DNA of 43,142 bases, taken from Escherichia phage vB_EcoP-683R2. Position 1 is the stretch's first letter. The number at the start of each line of letters is the position of its first letter. The stretch lies in sequence record ON470594.1. One strand, given 5' to 3'. The position numbers and the translations under genes were made by a program. Positions 1 to 9,293 of this stretch are shown here, in pieces. The notes under the pieces were generated by a model. The model was not told where the DNA came from and searched no databases. It saw only the letters and a list, made by a program, of their open reading frames with translations.

Positions 1-388
1 TATTTAAATGTTTCATTGAGCGTAGCGCCGCAATATTGCTTCGCCAGCCAGAAAAGCGAGTCCGTAACGATCGTGCAGCCAATCGCACCTGAACCGATAG
101 CAATCGCAATAATTTCCGGGCTGATGTCGGGATACAGCGGCAGCACAATGATCCATATTTATATTTTCTTCTCCAGATTGGCGATGCCAGTTGGCATGTT
201 TTACCTACTTGCCTACATGGTTACTCGTTGGCGAGAACAGAGGCGGAATTGGGTACAATTGTCCGGGAATTATTGTTATTTTTTATTGTATTGCCGTGTC
301 GGGTGATAGGGCGTCGAGAATATCGTTGGATCTCGCCAGTGACGTCTGTTTCTGCTACAGTGCCCGTTTTACGGCAAACGGCTTGGGT

Positions 389-1384
389 ATGGCTTCATTA
401 AAGGATGTCGCACGCCTGGCGGGAGTGTCGATGATGACAGTCTCCCGGGTGATGCATAATGCAGAATCTGTGCGTCCTGCAACGCGTGATCGCGTATTGC
501 AGGCAATCCAGACCCTGAATTATGTTCCTGATCTTTCCGCCCGTAAGATGCGCGCTCAAGGACGTAAGCCGTCGACTCTCGCCGTGCTGGCGCAGGACAC
601 TGCTACCACTCCTTTCTCTGTTGATATTCTGCTTGCCATTGAGCAAACCGCCAGCGAGTTCGGCTGGAATAGTTTTTTAATCAATATTTTTTCTGAAGAT
701 GACGCTGCCCGCGCGGCACGTCAGCTGCTTGCCCACCGTCCGGATGGCATTATCTATACTACAATGGGGCTGCGACATATCACGCTGCCTGAGTCTCTGT
801 ATGGTGAAAATATTGTATTGGCGAACTGTGTGGCGGATGACCCAGCGTTACCCAGTTATATCCCTGATGATTACACTGCACAATATGAATCAACACAGCA
901 TTTGCTCGCGGCGGGCTATCGTCAACCGTTATGCTTCTGGCTACCGGAAAGTGCGTTGGCAACAGGGTATCGTCGGCAGGGATTTGAGCAGGCCTGGCGT
1001 GATGCTGGACGAGATCTGGCTGAGGTGAAACAATTTCACATGGCAACAGGTGATGATCACTACACCGATCTCGCAAGTTTACTCAATGACCACTTCAAAT
1101 CGGGCAAACCAGATTTTGATGTTCTGATATGTGGTAACGATCGCGCAGCCTTTGTGGCTTATCAGGTTCTTTTGGCGAAGGGGGTACGTATCCCGAAGGA
1201 TGTCGCCGTAATGGGCTTTGATAATCTGGTTGGCGTCGGGCATCTGTTTTTACCGCCGCTGACCACAATTCAGCTTCCACATGACATTATCGGGCGGGAA
1301 GCTGCATTGCATATTATTGAAGGTCGTGAAGGGGGAAGAGTGACGCGGATCCCTTGCCCGCTGTTGATCCGTTGTTCCACCTGA
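389..1384 (+). CDS. cscR: LacI-family transcriptional repressor of the sucrose regulon (CscR)
   Basis: ATG at 389 is in frame with the listed ORF 191..1384, which begins at an upstream TTG. N-terminal HTH (MASLKDVARLAGVSMMTVSRV) and a periplasmic-binding-protein-like C-terminal domain typical of LacI/GalR repressors; 331 aa; sits in the csc cluster. Confidence 0.88.
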   Translation: MASLKDVARLAGVSMMTVSRVMHNAESVRPATRDRVLQAIQTLNYVPDLSARKMRAQGRKPSTLAVLAQDTATTPFSVDILLAIEQTASEFGWNSFLINIFSEDDAARAARQLLAHRPDGIIYTTMGLRHITLPESLYGENIVLANCVADDPALPSYIPDDYTAQYESTQHLLAAGYRQPLCFWLPESALATGYRRQGFEQAWRDAGRDLAEVKQFHMATGDDHYTDLASLLNDHFKSGKPDFDVLICGNDRAAFVAYQVLLAKGVRIPKDVAVMGFDNLVGVGHLFLPPLTTIQLPHDIIGREAALHIIEGREGGRVTRIPCPLLIRCST

Positions 1385-1391
1385 TATTATG

Positions 1392-2825
1392 TTAACCCAG
1401 TTGCCAGAGTGCTCCATGTTGCAGCACAGCCACTCCGTGGGAGGCATAGAGCGACAGTTCCCGTTCTTCTGGCTGCGGATATATTCGGCTACTCATCACC
1501 GCCTCCCCGTCGTTAATAAATACTTCCACGGATGATGTATCGATAAATATCCTTAGGGCGAGCATGTCACCCTGCGGGAGGGGAATACTACGGTAGCCAT
1601 CTAAATTCTCGTGTGGGTAATACCGCCACAAAACAAGTCGCTCAGATTGGTTATCAATATACAGCCGCATTCCAGTGCCGAGCTGTAATCCGTAATGTTC
1701 GGCATCACTGTTCTTCAGCGCCCACTGCAACTGAATCTCAACTGCTTGCGCGTTTTCCTGCAAAACATATTTATTGCTGATTGTGCGGGGAGAGATAGAT
1801 TGATGCTGCTGGCGTAACGACTCAGCTTCGTGTACCGGGCGTTGTAGAAGTTTGCCATTGCTCTCTGATAGCTCGCGCGCCAGCGTCATGCAGCCTGCCC
1901 AGCCTTCACGTTTTGAGGGCATTGGCGATTCCCACATATCCATCCAGCCGATAACAATACGCCGACCATCCTTCGCTACAAAGCTTTGTGGTGCATAAAA
2001 GTCATGCCCGTTATCAAGTTCAGTAAAATGCCCGGATTGTGCAAAAAGTCGTCCTGGCGACCACATTCCGGGTATTACGCCACTTTGAAAGCGATTTCGA
2101 TAACTGTATCCCTCGGCATTCATTCCCTGCGGGGAAAACATCAGATAATGCTGATCGCCAAGGCTGAAAAAGTCCGGACATTCCCACATATAGCTTTCAC
2201 CCGCATCAGCGTGGGCCAGTACGCGATCGAAGGTCCATTCACGCAATGAACTGCCGCGATAAAGCAGGATCTGCCCCGTGTTGCCTGGATCTTTCGCCCC
2301 GACAACCATCCACCATGTGTCGGCTTCACGCCACACTTTAGGATCGCGGAAGTGCATGATGCCTTCTGGTGGAGTGAGGATCACACCCTGTTTCTCGAAA
2401 TGAATACCATCCCGACTGGTAGCCAGACATTGTACTTCGCGAATTGCATCGTCATTACCTGCACCATCGAGCCAGACGTGTCCGGTGTAGATAAGTGAGA
2501 GGACACCATTGTCATCGACAGCACTACCTGAAAAACACCCGTCTTTGTCATTCTCGTCTCCTGGCGCTAGCGCAATAGGCTCATGCTGCCAGTGGATCAT
2601 ATCGTCGCTGGTGGCATGTCCCCAGTGCATTGGCCCCCAGTGTTCGCTCATCGGGTGATGTTGATAAAACGCGTGATAACGATCGTTAAACCAGATCAGG
2701 CCGTTTGGATCGTTCATCCACCCGGCAGGAGGCGCGAGGTGAAAATGGGGATAGAAAGTGTTACCTCGGCGCTCGTGAAGTTTTGCTAGTGCGTTTTGCG
2801 CCGCATGTAATCGAGATTGCGTCAT
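1392..2825 (-). CDS. cscA: Sucrose-6-phosphate hydrolase / invertase (GH32)
   Basis: GH32 motifs WMNDPNG, FRDP and WECPD in the translation. Start chosen at the ATG giving MTQSRLHAAQ (477 aa), 9 nt inside the listed ORF start. Confidence 0.92.
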   Translation of the reverse strand: MTQSRLHAAQNALAKLHERRGNTFYPHFHLAPPAGWMNDPNGLIWFNDRYHAFYQHHPMSEHWGPMHWGHATSDDMIHWQHEPIALAPGDENDKDGCFSGSAVDDNGVLSLIYTGHVWLDGAGNDDAIREVQCLATSRDGIHFEKQGVILTPPEGIMHFRDPKVWREADTWWMVVGAKDPGNTGQILLYRGSSLREWTFDRVLAHADAGESYMWECPDFFSLGDQHYLMFSPQGMNAEGYSYRNRFQSGVIPGMWSPGRLFAQSGHFTELDNGHDFYAPQSFVAKDGRRIVIGWMDMWESPMPSKREGWAGCMTLARELSESNGKLLQRPVHEAESLRQQHQSISPRTISNKYVLQENAQAVEIQLQWALKNSDAEHYGLQLGTGMRLYIDNQSERLVLWRYYPHENLDGYRSIPLPQGDMLALRIFIDTSSVEVFINDGEAVMSSRIYPQPEERELSLYASHGVAVLQHGALWQLG

Positions 2826-2858
2826 TTTTATCATCCTGGTTAAGCAAATTTGGTGAAT

Positions 2859-2871
2859 TGTTAACGTTAAC
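2859..2871. promoter_or_regulatory. Candidate CscR operator palindrome TGTTAACGTTAAC (copy 1) in the cscA-cscK divergent promoter region
   Basis: Exact 13-bp sequence present twice (2859-2871 and 2923-2935) in the 215-bp intergenic region between divergent cscA and cscK; palindromic, as LacI-family operators are. Confidence 0.45.
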
Positions 2872-2922
2872 TTTTATAAAAATAAAGTCCCTTACTTTCA
2901 TAAATGCGATGAATATCACAAA

Positions 2923-2935
2923 TGTTAACGTTAAC
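2923..2935. promoter_or_regulatory. Candidate CscR operator palindrome TGTTAACGTTAAC (copy 2)
   Basis: Second identical copy, 64 bp from the first, upstream of cscK. Confidence 0.45.
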
Positions 2936-3040
2936 TATGACGTTTTGTGATCGAATATGCATGTTTTAGTAAATCCATGACGATTTTGCGAAAAAGAGGT
3001 TTATCACTATGCGTAAGTCAGATGAATTTAAGGGAAAAAA

Positions 3041-3964
3041 ATGTCAGCCAAAGTATGGGTTTTAGGGGATGCGGTCGTAGATCTCTTGCCAGAATCAGAC
3101 GGGCGGCTACTGCCTTGTCCTGGCGGCGCGCCAGCTAACGTTGCGGTGGGAATCGCCAGATTAGGCGGAACAAGTGGGTTTATAGGTCGGGTCGGTGATG
3201 ATCCTTTTGGTGCGTTAATGCAAAGAACGCTGCTAACTGAGGGTGTCGATATCACGTATCTGAAGCAAGATGAATGGCACCGGACATCCACGGTGCTTGT
3301 CGATCTGAACGATCAAGGAGAACGTTCATTTACGTTTATGGTCCGCCCCAGTGCCGATCTTTTTTTAGAGACGACAGACTTGCCCTGCTGGCGACATGCC
3401 GAATGGTTACATCTCTGTTCAATTGCGTTGTCTGCCGAGCCTTCGCGTACCAGCGCATTTACTGCGATGACGGCGATCCGGCATGCCGGAGGTTTTGTCA
3501 GCTTCGATCCCAATATTCGTGAAGATCTATGGCAAGACGAGCATTTGCTCCGCTTGTGTTTGCGGCAGGCGCTACAACTGGCGGATGTCGTCAAGCTCTC
3601 GGAAGAAGAATGGCGACTTATCAGTGGAAAAACACAGAACGATCGGGATATATGCGCCCTGGCAAAAGAGTATGAGATCGCCATGCTGTTGGTGACTAAA
3701 GGTGCAGAAGGGGTGGTGGTCTGTTATCGAGGACAAGTTCACCATTTTGCTGGAATGTCTGTGAATTGTGTCGATAGCACTGGGGCGGGAGATGCGTTCG
3801 TTGCCGGGTTACTCACAGGTCTGTCCTCTACGGGGTTATCTACAGATGAGAGAGAAATGCGACGAATTATCGATCTCGCTCAACGTTGCGGAGCGCTTGC
3901 AGTAACAGCGAAAGGGGCAATGACAGCGCTGCCATGTCGACAAGAACTGGAAAGTGAGAAGTAA
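3041..3964 (+). CDS. cscK: Fructokinase (PfkB / ribokinase family)
   Basis: ATG at 3041 with AAGGGA RBS; PfkB signatures (GDAVVD near the N-terminus, DSTGAGDAF near the C-terminus); 307 aa. Confidence 0.92.
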   Translation: MSAKVWVLGDAVVDLLPESDGRLLPCPGGAPANVAVGIARLGGTSGFIGRVGDDPFGALMQRTLLTEGVDITYLKQDEWHRTSTVLVDLNDQGERSFTFMVRPSADLFLETTDLPCWRHAEWLHLCSIALSAEPSRTSAFTAMTAIRHAGGFVSFDPNIREDLWQDEHLLRLCLRQALQLADVVKLSEEEWRLISGKTQNDRDICALAKEYEIAMLLVTKGAEGVVVCYRGQVHHFAGMSVNCVDSTGAGDAFVAGLLTGLSSTGLSTDEREMRRIIDLAQRCGALAVTAKGAMTALPCRQELESEK

Positions 3965-4025
3965 ACGGCGAGGCCGCTCTTATCTCTAAATAGGACATGA
4001 ATTTTTTAACGACAGGCAGGTAATT

Positions 4026-5273
4026 ATGGCACTGAATATTCCATTCAGAAATGCGTACTATCGTTTTGCATCCAGTTACTCATTTCTCTTTTTTATTTCC
4101 TGGTCGCTGTGGTGGTCGTTATACGCTATTTGGCTGAAAGGACATCTAGGATTAACAGGGACGGAATTAGGTACACTTTATTCGGTCAACCAGTTTACCA
4201 GCATTCTATTTATGATGTTCTACGGCATCGTTCAGGATAAACTCGGTCTGAAGAAACCGCTCATCTGGTGTATGAGTTTCATTCTGGTCTTGACCGGACC
4301 GTTTATGATTTACGTTTATGAACCGTTACTGCAAAGCAATTTTTCTGTAGGTCTAATTCTGGGGGCGCTCTTTTTTGGCCTGGGGTATCTGGCGGGATGC
4401 GGTTTGCTTGACAGCTTCACCGAAAAAATGGCGCGAAATTTTCATTTCGAATATGGAACAGCGCGCGCCTGGGGATCTTTTGGCTATGCTATTGGCGCGT
4501 TCTTTGCCGGTATATTTTTTAGTATCAGTCCCCATATCAACTTCTGGTTGGTCTCGCTATTTGGCGCTGTATTTATGATGATCAACATGCGTTTTAAAGA
4601 TAAGGATCACCAGTGCATAGCGGCGGATGCGGGAGGGGTAAAAAAAGAGGATTTTATCGCAGTTTTCAAGGATCGAAACTTCTGGGTTTTTGTCATATTT
4701 ATTGTGGGGACGTGGTCTTTCTATAACATTTTTGATCAACAACTCTTTCCTGTCTTTTATGCAGGTTTATTCGAATCACACGATGTAGGAACGCGCCTGT
4801 ATGGTTATCTCAACTCATTCCAGGTGGTACTCGAAGCGCTGTGCATGGCGATTATTCCTTTCTTTGTGAATCGGGTAGGGCCAAAAAATGCATTACTTAT
4901 CGGTGTTGTGATTATGGCGTTGCGTATCCTTTCCTGCGCGTTGTTCGTTAACCCCTGGATTATTTCATTAGTGAAGCTGTTACATGCCATTGAGGTTCCA
5001 CTTTGTGTCATATCCGTCTTCAAATACAGCGTGGCAAACTTTGATAAGCGCCTGTCGTCGACGATCTTTCTGATTGGTTTTCAAATTGCCAGTTCGCTTG
5101 GGATTGTGCTGCTTTCAACGCCGACTGGGATACTCTTTGACCACGCAGGCTACCAGACAGTTTTCTTCGCAATTTCGGGTATTGTCTGCCTGATGTTGCT
5201 ATTTGGCATTTTCTTCCTGAGTAAAAAACGCGAGCAAATAGTTATGGAAACGCCTGTACCTTCAGCAATATAG
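4026..5273 (+). CDS. cscB: Sucrose:H+ symporter (MFS oligosaccharide:H+ symporter family)
   Basis: 415-aa polytopic membrane protein with multiple hydrophobic helices; LacY-like family; last gene of the csc cluster. Confidence 0.92.
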   Translation: MALNIPFRNAYYRFASSYSFLFFISWSLWWSLYAIWLKGHLGLTGTELGTLYSVNQFTSILFMMFYGIVQDKLGLKKPLIWCMSFILVLTGPFMIYVYEPLLQSNFSVGLILGALFFGLGYLAGCGLLDSFTEKMARNFHFEYGTARAWGSFGYAIGAFFAGIFFSISPHINFWLVSLFGAVFMMINMRFKDKDHQCIAADAGGVKKEDFIAVFKDRNFWVFVIFIVGTWSFYNIFDQQLFPVFYAGLFESHDVGTRLYGYLNSFQVVLEALCMAIIPFFVNRVGPKNALLIGVVIMALRILSCALFVNPWIISLVKLLHAIEVPLCVISVFKYSVANFDKRLSSTIFLIGFQIASSLGIVLLSTPTGILFDHAGYQTVFFAISGIVCLMLLFGIFFLSKKREQIVMETPVPSAI

Positions 5274-5714
5274 ACGTAAACTTTTTCCGGTTGTTGTCGA
5301 TATCTCCATATCCCTCAACCGGAAAATAATAATACAAAAATGCTTAGCCCAACTAATAATCACCTAATCCAAACGCCTCATTCATGTTCTGGTACAGTCG
5401 CTCAAATGTACTCCGGATACGCGGTTCGCTGATTTCCAGGACATTGTCGTCATTCAGCGACCTGTCCCGAGTATCACGGGCCTGCGAATTCATCAAGGAA
5501 TGCATTGCAGAGTGAAGTATCGAGTCACGCCATATTTCGCTATCAGGATTCTGTATGATGGTTACATCGCCCGGCCCAGGGCTGTTTAGTCATCAGCGCT
5601 TTCTGACAGTGCTGAGATTTCAACCTGTTGCAGTAAAAATGAGTAGATATAGGGCAAGTGTGCTGCCAAACCCATCTTTTACGGGGTGAAGGTAGATATT
5701 GTTAGAAGGGTATC

Positions 5715-5729
5715 TGGTGTCCCCTGCAG
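5715..5729. repeat. attR core: 15-bp copy of the 3' end of tRNA-Arg (argW-type), reverse-complement orientation
   Basis: TGGTGTCCCCTGCAG equals the reverse complement of the 3' terminus (…CTGCAGGGGACACCA) of argW tRNA as I recall it; the sequence diverges from the tRNA immediately after. Marks the chromosome/prophage junction. Confidence 0.55.
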
Positions 5730-5802
5730 ACATCTACTTGAAGCGGCAGGGGATTGATTGGAATGGTGTTTTTTAGATGTGAGAAATATTTTACCCGCTA
5801 TT

Positions 5803-6003
5803 TTACCCATTGGCGCGGCTTAAGAGCTTATTTTTAAATTCACAATGGTCACGATATAACCATCTTGCTCGTCCGTGGATAACTTTGGCTTTAGGAAGGT
5901 CGCCGGACTTAATCCGGTCATAGATGAAGGTTTTACCAAAGCCAGTATCGGCCATGATGAATTTCAAATCAACCAGTGAATCAGGCTGTAGTTCGTGTTG
6001 CAT
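5803..6003 (-). CDS. AlpA-family small DNA-binding protein (putative excisionase / recombination directionality factor)
   Basis: 66 aa, ATG start with GGAG RBS; pattern …TGFGKTFIYDRIKSGDLPKAKVIHGRARWLYRD… resembles AlpA/excisionase winged-helix proteins. In the circularised phage it would lie just upstream of int across attP. Confidence 0.55.
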   Translation of the reverse strand: MQHELQPDSLVDLKFIMADTGFGKTFIYDRIKSGDLPKAKVIHGRARWLYRDHCEFKNKLLSRANG

Positions 6004-6060
6004 GAGTGCTATCTCCGAATAGGGAATCGAACCTGCAAATCAGGCAATAAAAAACCGCCA

Positions 6061-6228
6061 TCAGGCGTCTTGGTGTTCTTTCAGTTCTTCAATTCGAATA
6101 TTGGTTACGTCTGCATGCGCTATCTGCGCCCATATCATCCAGTGGTTATAGCAGTCGTTGATGTCCTCTGCTTCTATAACCCTGTCGAATGGCTCTCCAT
6201 TCCATTCACCAGTGACTCGGAAGTGCAT
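6061..6228 (-). CDS. Hypothetical small early-left protein (55 aa)
   Basis: Unlisted ORF (<60 aa): ATG preceded by GGAG RBS; MHFRVTGEWNGEPFDRVIEAEDINDCYNHWMIWAQIAHADVTNIRIEELKEHQDA; followed by a weak hairpin plus T-run. Confidence 0.4.
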   Translation of the reverse strand: MHFRVTGEWNGEPFDRVIEAEDINDCYNHWMIWAQIAHADVTNIRIEELKEHQDA

Positions 6229-6299
6229 TTATCATCTCCATAAAACAAAACCCGCCGTAGCGAGTTCAGATAAAAGAAATCCCCGCGAGTGCGAGGATG

Positions 6300-6584
6300 T
6301 TATTCATTGCCGATATTCACCTTTATCGCGAACACCTTTACCGGTTTATCACCGAAGTGTGGATGTATGATTGTCTTGATTTCATATCCACCATACGGAA
6401 CATCAATTCTGCGACTGGAATCGTCGCGCTTCGGATATCCCTTTGTGATAATCAGGCGGTCATACTCCCGGAACATAATTCGCTTATTCCAGTAGTCATT
6501 ACACAGGCGATACTCTTCCGTTTTCTCGCCCCGCTTCATCTGGTCGAAGTATTCGCCGTTCACTGCCAGTTGCAGATTAGCCAT
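6300..6584 (-). CDS. ASCH-like (PUA-fold) domain protein, function unknown
   Basis: 94 aa, ATG with GGAGG RBS; its start overlaps the stop of the upstream gene (translational coupling). Family assignment from memory only. Confidence 0.45.
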   Translation of the reverse strand: MANLQLAVNGEYFDQMKRGEKTEEYRLCNDYWNKRIMFREYDRLIITKGYPKRDDSSRRIDVPYGGYEIKTIIHPHFGDKPVKVFAIKVNIGNE

Positions 6585-7368
6585 TGTCAGCCTCCTGCGG
6601 CGGTTCCGGTAGTGGCATCCAGTGGGTTACGTCATCCAAGATATTGCCTGATAAATATGTGAAAGCTCTGTATTTTTTGTAATCAATTGGACTCACTACC
6701 CAGTTCCAATATGCTGCCACTATTTGACCTTGACTAAATGCCAGTAACATTTTGGTGTCTTCCGGCATTCGATCACTACAGCTTATCCAACTATCCGGAG
6801 TCACCGGAGTTGGTCCATCGAATTCGGGCATGTCAGGACCTTTTCTGATAGCTTTAGCCAGCTCCAGCGGGTCATCGTAAAGCCAGTCGCCAGTTTGTGG
6901 GTGATTTGCTTCTGCAAGCTGCGCAGCCCATTCAAGACCATCTTTTTGACCTTGGAGATAATCAAGCGGCAACTCTTCATGATTACTTGCAGGTTCGGCA
7001 CTATGAAGCATGGCAGCGCGGCAGGCGTTCCAGCCTCTCACCTCTGCAATAGCGGCAACAGCATCAACCGCGTACATGCTAAGAGGATTAGGCATTGGTT
7101 TTTCTTCCGGTACTACTGGCGCTGGAGGGGAGGCGTAAATGCCCTCTATCACTAAATGTTTGCGCTCAAAATCATCTGGCTCTCGATGATATACGTAACT
7201 CCAGTCACCAAGGTTATCATTGCGCCTGCAACGGAAACCTATCGGCTCTGCTTCCAGCGATGCCAGTGCAATTTCATAAGCACGGCGCTCAATATTGTCT
7301 CGAACGTCCAAGCTGCCTATGCGCTCTTTGATTTCTTTAATCAGTTCTTTGTCGGTTAAAGTGGTCAT
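6577..7368 (-). CDS. DUF551-domain phage protein
   Basis: 263 aa, ATG with GAGGA RBS; C-terminal motif …THWMPLPEPP typical of DUF551 proteins of lambdoid prophages. Confidence 0.55.
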   Translation of the reverse strand: MTTLTDKELIKEIKERIGSLDVRDNIERRAYEIALASLEAEPIGFRCRRNDNLGDWSYVYHREPDDFERKHLVIEGIYASPPAPVVPEEKPMPNPLSMYAVDAVAAIAEVRGWNACRAAMLHSAEPASNHEELPLDYLQGQKDGLEWAAQLAEANHPQTGDWLYDDPLELAKAIRKGPDMPEFDGPTPVTPDSWISCSDRMPEDTKMLLAFSQGQIVAAYWNWVVSPIDYKKYRAFTYLSGNILDDVTHWMPLPEPPQEADNG

Positions 7369-7574
7369 TTGTTAATCCTCAAAACTTTATGCCCGGGCGC
7401 AAAAGCACGCGTTTTGTCTTTGCTTATTCGCCAGCCATCCTTGCGCGCCTCTTTTGCACAGCCAGCCCATGACGTACCTATATACTCACCGAAGTCTGGC
7501 GACTTATATTTGCCATCTGTACACTGGAGGCAATCACAATAGAGATGCATGGTGTAACTTGCAGCGATAGCCAT
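7365..7574 (-). CDS. Hypothetical Cys-rich small protein (69 aa)
   Basis: Start placed at the internal ATG (MAIAASYT…) with a strong AAGGAG RBS rather than the listed TTG at 7604; contains CDCLQC…C; stop overlaps the next gene's start. Confidence 0.45.
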   Translation of the reverse strand: MAIAASYTMHLYCDCLQCTDGKYKSPDFGEYIGTSWAGCAKEARKDGWRISKDKTRAFAPGHKVLRINK

Positions 7575-7575
7575 A

Positions 7576-8268
7576 TCACTCTCCTTTGATGCGAATGCCA
7601 GCAAGCCAGTTTCTTATGCCGATATATTCAGCGTTCCTGAAACCGCTTTTTACATATATAAATGGCAAGCGAAGATTGTGACCATTGGCTGCCAGGTAGT
7701 CTTTACAACCCTGTTCGGTGAAACAGCAGGTAACGAATTCATCAATATCTTTCACAGCAACGCGCCGCCATTTTTCTTGTGGCTCTCGAAAGTTTTCGTG
7801 AAGTAGTTCGAGACGACGACTTTGGCGTTTATTGGCTTCATTACCATCTTCATCAACCCAGACAATCCGGTCATAGTCATAATCAGCATCAACAACGATT
7901 TCGCGCTTTTGATACACACAAAACATAGGGTCTGACGTTATTCGATTATCCTGTGTTCGAATATTTTCACCGATGATGCCAAACGAATCTGGTGCAGCTT
8001 TTTTCTCCAGCTCTGCAATGCGTTTGCTTTGAGCTTCCAGTTCATCAAGAAGCGCAAGCACGGTAGCCGGATTAGCCTTGGCAACAAAATCCCGGACTGA
8101 CTTACAATCAATCTCCGCAATGGGTTGATACAATGTGTAGCCATGCTGTCTTGTATAACTACCGTGACGAATAACGAAAAAATCACCGTTTATTTTTTTA
8201 GCTTGCCACTTATCTTTACCGGCTTTCACTGCCACATCACGCAGTGCCTGATAGTCAATCTTGCTCAC
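7576..8268 (-). CDS. Ead/Ea22-like early protein (putative)
   Basis: 230 aa, GTG start with GGAG RBS; N-terminal …[12 protein letters not shown]… and a coiled-coil segment (LLDELEAQSKRIAELEKK) resemble Ead/Ea22-family proteins; unverified. Confidence 0.45.
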   Translation of the reverse strand: MSKIDYQALRDVAVKAGKDKWQAKKINGDFFVIRHGSYTRQHGYTLYQPIAEIDCKSVRDFVAKANPATVLALLDELEAQSKRIAELEKKAAPDSFGIIGENIRTQDNRITSDPMFCVYQKREIVVDADYDYDRIVWVDEDGNEANKRQSRRLELLHENFREPQEKWRRVAVKDIDEFVTCCFTEQGCKDYLAANGHNLRLPFIYVKSGFRNAEYIGIRNWLAGIRIKGE

Positions 8269-8509
8269 TGGTTGTCTCCTGCTTCTCTGCCTTCAACACC
8301 ATGCGAGAACCATCATCAAGTTCCCACGCGATCTCACCACCTTCAGCCATGACCAGTCGCCACACCAATTGAGCAGCCTCATTGGTAACATCACGACCTG
8401 GATCATTGCCAACGCGCATACGTCCACCTTCAACATCGCGCATTTTTGCCAGCATGATAGTTTTTGATAGCGGTGAAAAACCAAGCTGTAGTCGTGCGGA
8501 ATTACTCAC
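8255..8509 (-). CDS. Hypothetical early-left protein (84 aa)
   Basis: GTG start 6 nt after an AGGAGG RBS, chosen over the listed upstream GTG at 8530; overlaps its neighbours at both ends. Confidence 0.4.
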   Translation of the reverse strand: MSNSARLQLGFSPLSKTIMLAKMRDVEGGRMRVGNDPGRDVTNEAAQLVWRLVMAEGGEIAWELDDGSRMVLKAEKQETTSEQD

Positions 8510-8673
8510 TGCTTGCCTCCTTTGCGCCACATCGAATTCAGATATTTGTTTTGATTCACTGATGGAAAAGAATTTCTCTTAAGCAATTCCTCTCTCGATG
8601 GCATTGGCTTTACGCGTTGGCGAATAATCATTTCTGCCGGAAGAATGCCGGGATTGTATGCAAGTCCTCTCAT
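8506..8673 (-). CDS. Hypothetical small protein (55 aa)
   Basis: Unlisted ORF; ATG overlaps the stop of the 8670..8951 gene (ATGA) and its TGA overlaps the GTG of the next gene (GTGA); no recognisable domain. Confidence 0.3.
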   Translation of the reverse strand: MRGLAYNPGILPAEMIIRQRVKPMPSREELLKRNSFPSVNQNKYLNSMWRKGGKQ

Positions 8674-8951
8674 GATTTACTCTCCGCGAACTGGTCAACA
8701 GCCGTGCTAAGTGATACACCTAAAGTCTCGATATGCTGCTGAATATCCTGTAGTGTCTGCGCCTGAGATAACAGGATTTCACGGTTGCATAACTCTTTAA
8801 CCAGATGCTCAAACTTGCTGTAATAACCGATACGACTTAGTGTTTCTTTCCCTGCATTCTCGCCTTCTTTGATAATTCCTCTTTCACTAAGAATCAGGTC
8901 GTGTTTGGTTCCGGTAATAACGTATTTTCCAAGGTCGATGTTTAGCTTCAT
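8670..8951 (-). CDS. Hypothetical early-left protein (93 aa)
   Basis: ATG with GGAG RBS; no recognisable motif. Confidence 0.5.
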   Translation of the reverse strand: MKLNIDLGKYVITGTKHDLILSERGIIKEGENAGKETLSRIGYYSKFEHLVKELCNREILLSQAQTLQDIQQHIETLGVSLSTAVDQFAESKS

Positions 8952-8967
8952 TGTTAATTACTCCATG

Positions 8968-9282
8968 TTAATTTATTCGTATGCCTGCTCTTTCTTCATC
9001 GAGTTTTTTTAGCTTGTATCGCATAGCTCTTACTGAATAAATTGAGCGGCAGGTTGCAATTGCTATTTCTTCTGCGGAGAACTTACCGAAAAGTGATACT
9101 TCGGCTCTTGTCCATCGTCTTCCACGAAGTCGGCTAACAATGTCAGCGCCAATCCTTGTTGCTTTCGCCATTACTGCTTTTTCAGTCCTTTCCAGTTTTT
9201 CAGCGATAACTTCAACTGGCATTGTCGCCGCTACCTCGCGCAAGAAATCGACTTCCCATTTCTCCCATGGAGTCTTTTTCAT
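8968..9282 (-). CDS. Hypothetical protein with two internal W-x3-EV-x-LF repeats (104 aa)
   Basis: ATG start; segments WEKWEVDFLREVA… and WTRAEVSLFGKFS… look like a tandem duplication of a small helical motif. Confidence 0.45.
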   Translation of the reverse strand: MKKTPWEKWEVDFLREVAATMPVEVIAEKLERTEKAVMAKATRIGADIVSRLRGRRWTRAEVSLFGKFSAEEIAIATCRSIYSVRAMRYKLKKLDEERAGIRIN

Positions 9283-9293
9283 AGTCGATACCG

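Noticed and set aside
191-388. Upstream TTG-initiated extension of cscR (listed ORF start 191) and the overlapping 16..306 ORF
   Set aside because: The HTH of LacI-family repressors starts right after the ATG at 389; the extension has no RBS support and would add about 66 residues not expected for this family.
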